Shown: positions 13,801 through 28,490 of the stretch, in pieces
Numbering within the stretch: position 1 is the first letter of the stretch
Layout: each line of letters begins with the position of its first letter
Source of the DNA: Chrysomallon squamiferum
Taxonomy: Eukaryota > Animalia > Mollusca
Direction of reading: 5' to 3'
DNA: 64,000 nucleotides
Assembly (NCBI GenBank): GCA_012295275.1
Contig: CM022679.1
Coordinates: forward strand, 30,814,001 to 30,878,000
Program-made: the position numbers and the translations under genes
Notes under the pieces: model-generated
What the model saw: the letters and a program-made list of their open reading frames with translations, nothing else
Database searches by the model: none
What the model was told of the DNA's origin: nothing

Positions 13801-15176
13801 TAATTTCATTTAGTGTTTGTATTACTGGTACTGCAGCATAGATAATTATCAAAAGACCCTGTATTGACAGGATAAAGCAGATATCTTAAGACAGCAACCA
13901 TTTATTATGTATGTATGTATGTATGTATGTATGTATGTATGTATGTATGTGTGTATGTATTATGTATGTATGTATGTACGTATAAAATATTTTATTTTTA
14001 TTTTTATTTTTTTTCATCCTAGACCCTGGTCAGCTGAAGATCTTCTACAGATTATTAACAGTTTCCTTGTTCGTTGTGTTGACTTCGGTTTACTTCCACC
14101 TCTGTGTTTGAAGTACTGTCTCTTCCTCTGCTCTGTGAGTGAAAGTTGAAATACTTTGTAATTGTTATAAATAATATTAGCATCATTTGAAATAAAGTCA
14201 TTGCTATAAATATTAAAATTTTAAATATTGTTTTTATTTTTAATGTTGTCATGCTCGTAAATATCGTTAAATAGATGTACTTCATAAACATGAAAGAAGT
14301 GTATAATCTTTTAAATTTAATTTTGTTAATTATGTTTTTGATGTTGTTTTTTCAGTGGGCTCAGTCTGACTCAGATGCTTCAGATAAACTGTATCATAGC
14401 CAAGGTGATCGATGAAATCTACAGCATACAGACATTTTCTTACAGATGTTAAATTTGTGTAGAAAATAGATTTTATTCCTTGTTTTTAATTTTCAAAACA
14501 AATTGTTAAAGTTAAAAAAAAAAAAAATTAGTATTATTATTATTAATTACTTTTCTCCTTTTCATAATCATTATCTTCATCACAATCATTATTATCATTA
14601 CTGTTGTTTTTATTGAAATAATGTTTTAAAATGATAATGATAATGATAATAATAATAATGTTGATGATGATTGATAAAGATGATGATCATAATAATGATG
14701 ATGATAATGACAGTGACTATTATTATTATTACTATTATTATTTTTTTTATTATTATTTTACCTCAATTTTTTTTTTTTTTTTTTTTTTATTATTCATTTT
14801 TTCAAAAACTAAATCCAGCTTTTCGACATCTGCTGACTACATTATCATCATGTTCGCTGGAGGCGTGGTACACTCATCATCCTGTAATGATCATATGGAG
14901 TTTCAGCAACCAGTTGCTGTCTGATAGCTGGGGAGTTCAACTGGTTCGTTAATCATTAGTCTTTTAATTAATTAAAAACCTGTTAATGAGTGCATTATCA
15001 TAACTAACAACACCCTGCTGAAAACTGACAGTAGAAAAAGAAAAGATTTTAAAAATAATCTAATATGTGATTATATAATAGTTTAAATTGTTTTTTCATT
15101 GTTTCTCTCTGTATTATTATTATTGTTATTATTATTATTATTATTAATACTCCTAGTGTTACTACTACTATTAAAG

Positions 15177-15213
<37 letters not shown>

Positions 15214-15379
15214 TACTACTACTACCACTACTACTAAATTACTATTATTATTAATTATTGTTGTTGTTATTGTTATTATTAGTATTAGTACTACTACTAC
15301 TAAAACTACTACTACTAAATTATTATTATTATTTATTACTACTACTACCACAACTACTACGACTACTACTATTACTACA

Positions 15380-15414
<35 letters not shown>

Positions 15415-16210
15415 CACTACTACTGTGTTTAACTTCTAGCTAGAGTACTGGATTCCCACTATTAACATGGACAGTTTGAAAAGTCTGACAACACAAGATC
15501 CAGACATTGAGCTGCTTGGAGATTTAATGTACAGTGAAAACTTCCTCAGCTCACTTCTGGTCAGTTTTGTGGGGTTTTTTTTTTTGTTTTTTTGTTAGTT
15601 AGTTTTTATCCAGTTCATTTTCATTAACTGAGAACAGAAAAAGTAATGTCAATTTAATTTATAAAAATTTTTTTAAATAAGTATTTTAATTTTATTATTG
15701 TTATTGTTAAAATTTGTATTGTTGTTGCTATTGTTATTATTGTTGTTGTTGTTGTTGTTATCATTATCATTATTATTTTTATTGTTACAATTGATGTATG
15801 TTATTACTTCTAATAGTAGTACTACTACTTCTACTATTATTATTATTATTATTATGATTGTCATTATTAAACTATTTTCAGACAGTTCTGGTTAGTGCAA
15901 AAGAAAACCTGTCTAACACAGCAGCAGAAGTCACTAACTGGATCATTTCAAAGGTAAAATCAGATTTAAACTATATGACAGTGTTCACATATTCCACAGG
16001 TCCTTAAAACCCATAAAAACCCAGCATTTCAAAACTGCCACATTTAAGAAGTTAAATATCCCTAAATTTTAGGAAAATATTCAAATTAAAAAAAAACCCA
16101 TGTTTTAGTTTTTTTTAATCAGAAGTCTCATTTTCATTTTCCTTGCACTCAAGAGCACTCAAAAGAGATTATAATTGTTTAGTGATCTGCTTCATACCAG
16201 ATATTATGAT

Positions 16211-16247
<37 letters not shown>

Positions 16248-16320
16248 CACACCATTCATTATTTTTTCTAAGAGTCAATAAAATGATGTGAATCTGGTTC
16301 TAAGAAGCATTTAAAAAGTC

Positions 16321-16364
<44 letters not shown>

Positions 16365-19300
16365 CCTAATTGTAAATGTTATAAGAGTGATATTTTAAAT
16401 AAATATTCATTGTAAACAGCTTGAGATGCTGGTGAATGAAGAACAGGAAACAGCTGAGGCCATGTTAAAATTTCTTTATCAGAAATGTTCTGAAATTCTT
16501 CACGATTTCTTCCTTCAGCAGTCAGAGACTTCTGGTAATTTATTCACTGAATTTCAAAAGCTAAATAATATATAATTTCTACTAACGTAATTAGTTATCT
16601 CAAATAATTCAGTATGACTGAAATATAAACATATAAAAAATTATTATATCAGTATTGTCACAGAGTTATTATTACAAATAAATTAATTAAATGTGTTCTT
16701 GCATGTCATTGCAAAGAGAAAAGCCAGGATGTAGATAATGACATTATTTTACTATACTTTAGTTACTTTCATTAACTTTAGTTTACTTTATTTTATTTTT
16801 ATTTATTTATTTATTTATATATTTATTTATTTATTTATTATTTTTTTAAACAGGTTGAAGGATAAGATAACTATAGTTTTTAATATAGATGGATAGATAG
16901 ACATATTATAGATATAGATATTTATATTATTATTATTATTATTATTTAATTTATGATAAACTATTCATTTCATTAAGAATATCAGCTGGTCAACATTCTA
17001 GGAGTAGTGACCACTCTCATGTCCGAAGGATGCAAACAGGAAGAGAGTGACCATCTAAATCTGAAATCTGTTTATCATGGTAAAGACTTCATGCAAAATT
17101 CAGAAGTTTATGATTAAGTTAAAATTTAAATTAACAAATATTTCTTTGTGTTAATTATTAAAAATAATAATTGTGCCAACACCAAAAATACTGAGGGAAG
17201 GTGAAGAGAAAAACAATGGTCCCTCTACATAAATAAGCATTGTGCACTGAATCACAACAATTAAAAGCTCATCCTTATCTTGTTTTATGAAACAACATTT
17301 TGCCAATAGATGTTTCTGTTTTAATTGCACTGAAGCCAGTTTAATTCAGATCTATAATTTGACTAACACTACATTTGATTGTAGCTGTTTAGTAATTAAG
17401 AATATTAGATTGTAAGAAATGTTAGTCACGAGGCCATGGTTGGAATGGGAAAATAAATGAGTATATACACTGAGCAAGGTTGAACCTGTTACCTATCAGA
17501 CATATACTCTCGACTTCTTCAGTTCACATCATCAGTTAACATGGCTATACATAAAGTATGACATATTTTGTTTCAAAGATTATTGTTTTGCATTTATGAA
17601 TCTGTTTTTTTCAGTGGTGAAGTATATAGCCAATGTTTCTGACATAGAAAATGCAGGCTTGTATCAGTGTTTGCAGTACTTGCTGAAATTCTCTGAGACA
17701 TCAGAGCCTGATAATAACAGAGGTATGATTCTTCCTAATAGGACATCCATGTGTTTATGTTGTTACAATTTTGTTAAAATTTAATCTGACTTTTTAAAAG
17801 TACCCTAAAAATGTTGTGTGTTTTAATGATGTATTTGCTATTTTTTTTCATCTTTTAATGTTTAGATTTTGATTAAAATTTAATTTGACTTGTAAATGTA
17901 TCCTAAGAATGTTGTCTATTCTATGATGTATTTTTATTTTTTTTTTTCTATCTATTAATTTTTCTTTTGGTTATCTTTGTTGAATCTAATGTTACAAAAT
18001 TACCAGAATTATCTGTTTTAATTTCATCATCATAATCATAAATAATTTCTCTGGAATGTTGGAATCTCACTGTAATTAAACACTTAATAAGTGAGTATGA
18101 AGAGAAATTTGATATTTTCAGTTGTGCCTGTGATGACTCAAAACATGGACTTCATGCTCAAGTTAAATCAGTGCTTGACCAGTGGAGTGTCCACTCTTGT
18201 CTCCACAGTGTCCAGAATAATGTCCTGGATGTCCACCTATAATGGAGAAATAAATGTAATGTACATTTTAAACAAACATTATTATTACTACTACTGCTAG
18301 TACTAAGATATATGCAGAGAGCTTTTGTTCTAAGCAGAAACACACTACGTAAAACAGAATAACTCTGTGTATAAATACATGTAAACAGTTCATTGCTGTT
18401 AGCTGATAATAATTAACTCATGAAAAAGTAAAATTCAGTTACTTCTTTCTTCTTCATAACTGGTTTTTGCACCTTATCATTTTTCCTTTCCAGTCATTCA
18501 GGTCACCTCTCCCACTCGTCTTCCTCTATATCAATAATGCTCAACCTTTTTTTGGTTCCAGGCCTTACTTTGATTTTCCAAGAAAATGTAAACCCAATTG
18601 TGACTGGAGACACCACAATGTATACTATATATATATATATATATATGTATTCAAAAGCAGTTTTTAGTTGTGGCGCTAAGAGGCCTCAGTCACAAATTTG
18701 AAAGTGCAAAACTGTGAAAGTAATCATTACTGATTCATTAATCCTGAATCCTCATGCATCCCATGTTCTTGATAATTTCTCTCCATATAGTTTCTGACAG
18801 TTGAAATGTAATGTCTGTCAGTTTTCATATATTCTATTACACAGCATTCATGTGTTTGATATTTAATAATGTTATTGTTAAACGTTTGGTTTCAGGTGAC
18901 GTCACCTATTGAAGTGAGTGCTGATTGCATCTTGAAAGCACTCAACAGCAGCAGCAATGAGTTAACCCTTGGACTGCTCAGTCTGGTGTCTGCCGCTCTC
19001 ACTCCTGACAAACACAACACCAGCCTGCTGGTGTTCACCAGATCCAGTCTGCTAGACAACCAGCCTTTCTTTACTCCTAAAGACATTCGTTTTATTTACC
19101 TTCATCTTCAGCAGTTGGTCTGTCAGGTTATTAATGTTTATTAATATGTATATGTTTTGTTTACCTACAACAGTAAGTCTATCAGGGTTTTAATATCTAA
19201 ATATAAGTTTTATTTACCTTCATCTTTATCAGTCTGTCAGGTTATTAAGATTTATGTAGTATTTTTTTTTATATGGAAAAATAAATGTGGTATTTACCTA

Positions 19301-21526
19301 CATCTTCAGCAGTTGATTTGATTTATTAAGTGTTTCCCATTTCCAATTGTAGTTAAAAAAATAAAAATATCCCTATTCATATCTATCTGAACCTTTGTAC
19401 CACACTAAAATGCAAATTACTTGTTCTGCCTTGTTCCTTGTCACATCCCTTTTAGTTTATTATTTATCTTTCCACACTTATTTCTTAAAATATTTAAACT
19501 AATTAATTCCTGCTTTTGCTAATTTTTATATTTTTTTTTTTTATTTTTGTGTTTGTGTGTCACTGCAGGATGATACCACAGTAAGAAAATTTGCTGTTGA
19601 CTGTGTACAAAGACTACTGAAGTATGCAGCATCTACATATGGAGATTTAGGTCAGTGGTTGAGATTTTCAGTATCAATACATTGTCTTATTGCATAGAAA
19701 TTTACTTGAGAAGAGAAATTGTGTTTTTTCAGTGTGTTCAGAAGAAAGTAAATTAAAAATCAGAGACGTTTACTTACAGAACTCATAATTGTTAATGCTA
19801 CGAAAAAGCTAAATACTTATACTTTACTATCAGTTTGCTATATTTATTTACTATTACTTTTTAAGTCATGGATTATCTAATGCATATTTTAATGAATAAT
19901 GATAGTAACAAAATTATTACTTGGATGTAAATGATTAAAACATGTTCTAAAGAGATGATTTTTTTTAAAGTTAATGTGAGAAGTAATCTTTTAACAAATT
20001 TGTCCAATTTATTCTCATTCATCATGCAGTCAGCTAATGTACATTTAAAACTAGAAAATCACTAAAATTATTCATATTTGTACAAGTGACTTTTGTTCAT
20101 GCATAATGTGTACATTAGTGAAAATAAGTTTTCAAATTACTGTAGAATAATGAAAAATGTGGACCAATTCAGGTCATAGGTACATTATGATCTCCTTGGA
20201 CTTTAATCAAATTATAGGTATGTTTTAAAAATAATAATAATTAGAAAGGTATAATTTGAAAATATATATTATGAAGGATAATAATAGATAAATAAATAAA
20301 TAAAATGGTTAACATGTCTCAGATTGGTTATATTTTTCTCAGACTCCCATCCATGGAATCACTTTTCAAACTGGTTACTGTTTTATCAGAACATTATACA
20401 CCATTTTGTATTCAGAGAATGAATAGTTTAAAAATATGGATGTCTTTGGTCCAGATCTGATCTCTCCCATAATCTTATTTTCTTATAACAATATATTTTT
20501 CAGAAATTTAGAAGTCATGCATGTCAGTAAAATTATATTGTTACCATTTCAGAAAATCAGTTACTGTCTCACCCATGGAACAAACTGTGGCTTGAAACCC
20601 TGATTCAGTTTGATACTGATTATGGTGTATCTGATGAAACTGTGAGCCTGGTTATCATGGTAATTTTCTTCACAAAGGATTGTTTATAAAAATAAATTGT
20701 TTCTATATTTATATATCAAGCACTATCTATATTTGAACAAAATAACAAATTAAACTTTTTATATTTTCCTTCTGATTGTTTTCATTGGCTCTAAACACTA
20801 ATCTTCGGCTAATAATAAAGTTTGACAATAATATAACAAATCCATGACAAATGTATATTTGTTGTGATTTAAACCTATAAAAACAAAGAAGCCATCAAAC
20901 ATATGACTGACTGATAAGTACAGAAACCTACGAAGTGGAGTTTTGTTTTATTTCAGCTGTGTCAGAAGAAAGAAGGAGAAAAGCTGGTAACACACGTGTG
21001 TGACTTGCTACTCAGGTGTCTCTCTGTCTCCTGTCTCAGTCCTCTCAGTGCGTCTCTACTCACTGAGTCACAGCTGCTGGTAAAACAGTTTTAACATAGA
21101 ATCAGTCAGTGACCAAGTACCAAGTCGTTTTTTCGAATGATTGTTTCTTATACACATACATACATACATACATACATACATACATACAGAGACACAGAGA
21201 GAAAGAGAGAGACTAACTGGTTATTTCTTATCAGCTTTACCCTGCAAAGATTAGAATGCCCTGAGGTAGTGAGTCTGTGCTGAGCTTAATCCAGTAACTA
21301 ATTATTTCTTTAATCTTAAATAATAGAAAAACTAAATGAAAATAACTGTTTTATTTATCAGTTTTAAAGAAGCATAATTACCTTCATTATTATTAGAATT
21401 ATCATTATTATTCCTGATTAATATTGTTATAAAAATTATTGTTACAATTATTGCTGTTATATATTCTTATCATATAGCATTATCGTCATTAAAACTGTTA
21501 ATTTTTTCCTTATTATCACCATCATC

Positions 21527-21558
<32 letters not shown>

Positions 21559-21704
21559 CATCCTAACACACTGTATTTAATTATCAGGACAAACCATTCA
21601 TGGAGAAATGTGCTCAGAAAAACCTCATCACAGCAGCCAAAGAAAATCTTACAAAGATTTCATTGGTGAATGAAAGCACTGAAAACCAGCAAAAAACTGT
21701 CTAA
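4839..21704 (+). CDS. MEI1: Meiosis inhibitor protein 1-like (MEI1), ARM/HEAT-like helical protein needed for meiotic DSB formation; 29 coding exons, ~1177 aa
   Basis: Exons joined by GT-AG with consistent phases and no internal stop: 4839-5100, 5517-5561, 5759-5832, 6333-6438, 6883-7083, 7862-8074, 8405-8450, 8675-8745, 9235-9334, 9879-10013, 10513-10656, 11693-11840, 12368-12525, 12910-13043, 13349-13448, 14023-14134, 14356-14404, 14819-14943, 15440-15559, 15882-15953, 16420-16534, 16978-17079, 17615-17722, 18122-18255, 18896-19126, 19569-19650, 20553-20659, 20957-21079, 21588-21704 (TAA). Peptides HYNHDVSW..LVCIACLIE, ELQINLLG, EFLFESL, EPFFTRCHAVYGVESV and LLSHPWNKL resemble vertebrate MEI1 motifs as I recall them (HYRHDPRW..CLACALE, ELQINCLG, EFLFEHL, EPLFFSKCHTVYGIEAV, QPWNR). 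Confidence 0.88.
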
Positions 21705-23319
21705 AATAACACTTACATTTAGATTCTAAAACATTAATACCAACTTAGTTAGCATCTGTCAAGTGGCTGCCTTTGCATAAAAAAATCCAAACCCTTTATG
21801 AAGATCAGGATCTCAAGGCTTTTATTTTACACCAAAGATTCAGGCCCTTAAATACTAAGCATGTTAATTTTATTTTTATTTTGTCCAGTATTTATTTATA
21901 CAGCTGTCATTTTTGTACTCAGTATTAAAAAGAAAATAATGTACTAGGATGTAAATGTAGTTAATATTTTTAAAAATATGAAGTGTAACCTACTTTATAA
22001 ACGTGAGCGTATATGTTTGTGTAAGTTGTTCAGTTGTTTTCTTGTTGATCATTGTGATTCTGTTTTAAATGTGAAGTAAATTTAAATCATAAGAAGATTA
22101 ATTTTATGAAATGTTTAGTTATAGAAACAGTATATTAATTTCCCAGTCAGTATTTGTTGATTTAATGATTTATTTATTTTTTAGTTTTTTTTTTTTTTAT
22201 TTTTTTTTTTTTTGTTTTATTTATTATTATTATTATTTTTTTTTTTTTTTTTTTGTTGTTTATTTATTTGTTTATTTATCTGTTTGTTTGTTGTTTGTTT
22301 GTTTATCTGTTTATATTTATTATTTCTACTGGTTTTTTTTCTTCTTTTTTAAATGGATTAGTCACAACTACAACAAGGTCTGGATAACCATTGTTGTCTT
22401 TTTCTAGTGTCTTGTTCCATGACCAGATCACTACAAAATTTAAAAACTTACACATTTCAGATTTGCAAATCATTTCACATGTCAAGGTTACATAGCTGAT
22501 GAATCATAAAATGATAAAATAAAACACAGGAAAGACATAATTGATATAATGTTTTATTTTAGATATATATGAAAATTTAAATATTACATGAATAAAACTG
22601 CTTCTTGGAACCATTCAGAATAAGCTTCATTACCTTCATAGTAACAATTGTGTTTGAAATATCAGATTTCGACTGAAGCCACTGGGTTTTCGGGTTTTTT
22701 TTTTTTTAAAATTGTTATTTATTTATTTACTCCTGGTCTTCTGTCCAGTTGATTCTTTTTTCTTTCTACATTTTTTTTTTTTTTTTTCCCCTTAGCCTTT
22801 TTATTGTGAAAACCAGCTGATAAATTCCGTATATTTCATCGTTTTTCTAAGAACCCAAGATGTAAGAAAAGGACAGGTATTATGAACTCAACTATTAAAT
22901 GAAACAAATAAATAAAAAAGAACAGAAACAAACAAACAAAATCTTGTATGTTGGAGTGAAACGAAAAAACCGAAGGCCGTGAACAATCAATCCACTATTA
23001 CTTTGCATTCACAACCAAGACTCGTTAACACAACAAACGAATTAACAACATTTTGCGCATCAGATTTGAAAGTCAGTAAATAGAGCATAATTACAATACT
23101 AATAAAAAAAAATACTCCTTTGTTACACACCATTAAACCATTGTATTCTACCAAGCCTAACATGCAATACAGGGTAAAAAACAAACCCGTAATTAAGCTG
23201 TTTTTGCCTTTAACAATAACATTATTACATGAAGGATTATACAAGCGGTCTTTGGTTACCAGTCGTACGGCACAGTCTGAAAAGATATATTGTTCAGAGG
23301 ATGCTAATCTTGCGAGTAA

Positions 23320-24135
23320 TTGTATTTCGTACAAACGTCTGTGTGGTGAACTAGAACTATCCACTTTGTATTTCCATAAAACTAAGAATGATAACCTTTT
23401 GGCAAAACCTACTTTGCAAAAGTCAAAACAAGATTTCCTCACAACTCTATTACTTAATGCATATTACTGAGACTCCTTGGAACAAATTTGTAAAAAAATA
23501 TTAATAGATGATTGTTGTTTAACATAATTATGGACATATCACAACCTTAATGGTTAATGTTAAATGGTTACGTCAAACTATTAAAAATATTACATTATCA
23601 GTATCTACAAATATGGAAAAATTAAACTGAAACGTCTCCAAAGGGTATTAATTAAAAATTTTTGTTATTATTATTTTTTTTTGTAAAATGAATTCTGATT
23701 TGAAAATGCTGCCTCAAAAGAATGCTAATATCTTATGTAAATTTAGAATCTCTAATGTTAAACTTTCTATTAAAATTGGACGATGGTTTAATATTCTAAG
23801 AGAAAATAGAAAATGTCATATTTGTAATCTTACCAGAACTGGAGATGAATATCATAATATATTTGAATGTAATGATCCTATATTATTAAATGCGAGAAAA
23901 AGTATACCAGATAAATATATGATACATCCAAATGTAATTTCATAAAATAATTTGTTTAACAGTAATAATATATTTGTATTAAAAAAAAGTTACGTTTGTT
24001 AATAAGAACTATATGTGATAGCGTATGTTGTCCACGTTAAACTTCCAGACGTAGCAGTTTAATTTTAATTTTCTTATTATGTATCTGTAATGCATTCTTC
24101 TCTGCACTGTAATCTTTAGTTTATGAGAATAAAGT
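23320..24135 (+). mobile_element. Decayed, 5'-truncated non-LTR retrotransposon (LINE ORF2 C-terminal part)
   Basis: ORF 23688-23945 has KFRISNVKLSIKIGRW..RENRKCHICNLTRTGDEYHNIFEC, the C-x2-C-x8-H-x4-C C-terminal motif typical of many invertebrate LINE ORF2 proteins. Upstream frameshifted remnants read CGELELSTLY and IKLRMITFWQNL. AATAAA at ~24128 is followed by a short repeat-like tail. Confidence 0.75.
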
Positions 24136-24367
24136 CAGTATCTTTGTCATTGTTATTGACTGCTAAGCTGCAGGCAGCTCTGTAAAGTGATATATGTTTG
24201 TTTGCTTGCTTTTCTTAAATCTGTGGAAACGTTACATAAGTAGACAATGTTAACTGTCTACGTCCCTTAATTCGTAGTCGTCAGATTGCGCTAATAAATG
24301 TGATCTGCGCAAACTGTACGTTTTCTGTAATTACAATACTGTAAGTATCTGAACAAAGACAGTTTAG

Positions 24368-24728
24368 TGAATAAACGTTTACCCGCTAAAAATCGGTCAG
24401 ATCATAAGGCAATTTCCCGTTCCAGCCACTGGTGAATAACTGATTAATAAATGGGGTTGGTATGTGTTTTCTTTGTCTAGACAGATCCTTTGTTGCTCAT
24501 CGAATTAAGATTAAAGTGACTCGAATCCACTTCACTTTCCTCCGTTTATATATATATATATATAGCACTTAATTAGCTTTATAGAGACATTTAATCTTAC
24601 TTTATATATACACGCACAAAACTTGCTGAATAAACGTTTACCCGCTGAAACTGGGCAATTATCCGTTCCAGCCACTGGTCAAGTTTGATTTATAAATGGG
24701 CATGGTTTCCGTTTTCGGTTGTCTATAC
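24368..24728. repeat. Diverged direct repeat pair (~100-115 bp)
   Basis: 24368-24483 and 24627-24728 share TGAATAAACGTTTACCCGCT..GCAATT..CCGTTCCAGCCACTGGT..ATAAATGGG..TTGTCTA. Confidence 0.8.
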
Positions 24729-25185
24729 CAGTGGGTACCATAAAAACAAAATGAGGAAGAAATAAATTCTGTAAGATTTTGACATACAATAATATTGATA
24801 TTAATTATAGTTGTTTATGACGATGATGATGGTAATGACGACCACGATGACAATGTATTAGAATAATAAGTAAATAAAAACGCTGGATATAATAAAGATA
24901 CCTGATAAATTAATACGTAAAATATAATAAACGAAACATTAACAAGCTTGCATAAAGAAAGCCTAGCGTTATAATATCCATACAGGTGGTAATAACAATT
25001 CGACGACATGTTCTTTATGTTCTGAAAACCCTTCAACATCTGTTACTATACACTCAGTAATTTTTTACATTGAAAATATCGAGAAACATCTAGAACTTAT
25101 TGCAGAATTATAATTTTATGCAATTGACAATCGCTTGAAAAATATTTCACATCGGTTCTGCTGTCTTCTCTTTCTTTCATTATTA

Positions 25186-25232
<47 letters not shown>

Positions 25233-25360
25233 TTGGTGGTTGTAACTGTTGCTTTTGCTGCTGCTGTTGCAGCCTTTTTAATAGATTTTAATTTTCAACT
25301 TTTAAAAGTTTTCCTGTCACAAATTATTGTATAAGAAAACGTAAATACAACATTTAATTA

Positions 25361-25672
25361 TTATATATTGTATTTTAATATGTTCATAGTTGTATCATTA
25401 TTATACACTGTATTTTAATATGTTCATAGTTGTATCATTATTATACACTGTATTTTAATATGTTCATAGTTGTATCATTATTATACACTGTATTTTAATA
25501 TGTTCATAATTGTATCATTATTGTACATTGTATTTTAATATGTTCATAGTTGTATCATTATTATACATTTCATTTTAATATGTTCATATTGTACGTTATT
25601 ATATATTGTATTTTAATACGTTCATAATTATATCATTATTGTTAATATGTTCATAGTTGTATCATTATTATT
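25361..25672. repeat. 40-bp minisatellite, ~7-8 copies
   Basis: Unit TTATACACTGTATTTTAATATGTTCATAGTTGTATCATTA in tandem, near-identical in the central copies. Confidence 0.95.
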
Positions 25673-26829
25673 TTTTGATTAGCCCATGGGTGAAATAATA
25701 TTTATTACTTCAAACGCCTACACAAAACGATTTACTGAACCCTTTATTATGTCCTTCGGACTCACAGCTGGGGAAATTAATCCATTTCCATCAACATGTC
25801 TACTTATGTATAATATTTTTATATTAATTTAATCTATTGTACTCACCAGCGCCATTTTCCGGCACAAAGAGAGATTAAAGCTGATTGGTCCACTTGTAAC
25901 ACTAATGAGACGTTTCAACTTGAAAGACAAAACAGAGCGTACGCTCGGACTAGTTAAAACAGAAGTCTTTTGTGTTGCAAACCTGTTACATTTTACAGGT
26001 AATCTTTATCTGAGACTTTATGCAGGACGCTGGAATTTATTGTCGCTTAGAACTGAAGTCCAAACTCTTTACTGGAAATAATCATTCGCTGCTGAATGCT
26101 AAAAGTTTTAATATTTCGGAACAAGAGTTGAATTTCACTGTCGTTTCCTTCGAGAATGTAAAATTTCTTCTATGACGTTTGTTAAGTTCAAAAATTGCTT
26201 TTGATTTAGAATTTAAACTAGTGCTTCATTAGATTTCAAAAATAAATAAATATATAAATATGAACCGTTTAATAGTATAGAACAAGAGTTATGGTTTGAT
26301 TTGAAGCTAATTTCGCTTGTGGATTATTTTGTTTTGGACCTTGGAAACGATTGCTTAAGAAACGAAAATCTACGTTAGACAAAACATTTAAAAGGAATAA
26401 TTAATTGTGAATATCTATCTAAAGACGCATGTACTACAAAACAAACCTTGGGATTATTTTTCGATGTGGATATTTCGAACGTGTGTAAAATTGGAATTTA
26501 TTTGGACTTTTCATATTGCATTATATTGTCATGTTACCAGTGGTGTCACTATTTGATTTGGGGAAATTTTATGCTAAATGTTAAAATTTCATAGAATTCT
26601 GCACAGAATTTTTATGACCAGAAAGAACTTTGTATTAAACCCAACTAGGTTATTAGTTAACAACATTTGATTTCAAATGACTGTCATTAGAATTAGCTGT
26701 ATTTATTGTTATAATGATTTTGAATTAGATTTAATTTTTTTTTTTTTTTTTAAAGTGTGATCTGGTTATAGCGAGTGAGATTTTGACTATTGTGTGTCCT
26801 TTCCAACGAGTTTGTTTCATAGGTTAGAT

Positions 26830-27140
26830 TTTTATATTTCATTGTACTGTTATATTTTAGGTTGGCTTTTTAATTCTATATCCTACATTTTAATAATACA
26901 TTTATTTTGTATGGTTACTTTTTAATACAACATACTACCCTGTATTGTTACGTTTTAATAATATATTCATACTGTATTCTTACAATTTAAGACATCATTC
27001 TACATTGCACTGTTCTATTTTACTACTACGTTTTGTTTGTTCTATGGTCATAGTTTAGCGCAACATTTTACACTGTACTTTTTTTACTGCTATATGGTTA
27101 CAATTTAATACAGCATATTACAATGTACGGCTACATTTTA
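26830..27140. repeat. Degenerate ~33-bp minisatellite
   Basis: Recurrent TACATTTTAATA..CAT..ACTGTAT(G/T)GTTAC units. Confidence 0.55.
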
Positions 27141-27419
27141 AAGCATATGAAGACAATCTAAACAAGGCACATGGTCTACAGAACAATGGACTAATGTCTG
27201 ATACGATTTGGAACTGGAAAAAAATTTAACGTGCTAATCAGAGCGAGCTGTTTGAAACTGATAGCCTTACATACTTCATTCGGCCTTAGGAAAACAAAAG
27301 GATTACTACCGAAGACCGTACGTACACGTTACCTTGACAGCTCCGGGGTAAATCGTTGATCTGGTTTGGTTGTCAGTAACATGAAAAGAGAGTAAGAAGA
27401 GGAAGAACAGTTGGAGACG

Positions 27420-27452
<33 letters not shown>

Positions 27453-28209
27453 TTCTAATAAGATCTTCAACTTGAGACCAGAGTTATTTATAAATGATTA
27501 CGGGAAGTTCGAGAAGATCAAAAAAAAAGAAAATGGGAAACAACGGTGAGTAATTTACATTTTTGTTTTAAATTTATATATATATATATATATATTTATA
27601 TTTAATTTTGAACTGTTAAATACAATGTTATTACATTCATATTTGCAATTGATATTTCATAGCAGCTTATTTGGTTCCTGTTTCTTTCGTATTAGTAGAT
27701 GAATTTCTTGCGTGTTTCCATGAACGCAGTATTAAATCAGTATATATATATATATCACTTTCACTATGAATTAAGTTTGTTGTTGGTTGTGTTTTTGTTT
27801 TTTGGTTCATGATAACAGAAGCGAAAATTCTCGTAAACTAGGTTGTTGCAATTAAAGTAATAATATTTGTTATGGACGTTACTTCAGTTAAACTAAAATT
27901 AATTTGTCTGTTACCAAATCACAGTTAACACTTACAACTGTTTGAAATATGAACAGAACGTGAGTAGTGAGCAAGCAAATGCATCAGTGTTTAATTATGT
28001 TGTATATTATGAGTAATTTCGTATTCGGGGCGAAGTCTAAGTTACGTTATATACAGAACAAGTAGAGTAAGTTTAAGAGTTCATGGTGTATTACGCAAAA
28101 TGCTGTAACGTATTGCATCGGTGTCACGCACGAACGCAGCCTAAGACCCATACACGTTTTCCTACTGCTGAGCCGCTAACAACATCAAAAAATATAAAAC
28201 AGTACATAA

Positions 28210-28259
<50 letters not shown>

Positions 28260-28348
28260 AATAACTGAACAAAATAATTAATTAAACGCTATAGATATAA
28301 TAAATAACTAATTAACTAAATGAATAAATAAATAAAAATGAAACAAAA

Positions 28349-28402
<54 letters not shown>

Positions 28403-28459
28403 TAAATTAATTAATTAATTAATTAATTAATTAATTATTAAAATAACAACAAACAGACA

Positions 28460-28490
<31 letters not shown>

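Noticed and set aside
22987-23470. Overlapping 151-aa (-) and 116-aa (+) ORFs as host genes
   Set aside because: No recognisable domain or splice pattern, and they partly overlap the decayed LINE.
25361-25672. Regular repeats resembling a CRISPR array (also 31420-31532, 55095-55228)
   Set aside because: Head-to-tail units without unique spacers, no cas genes, eukaryotic context.
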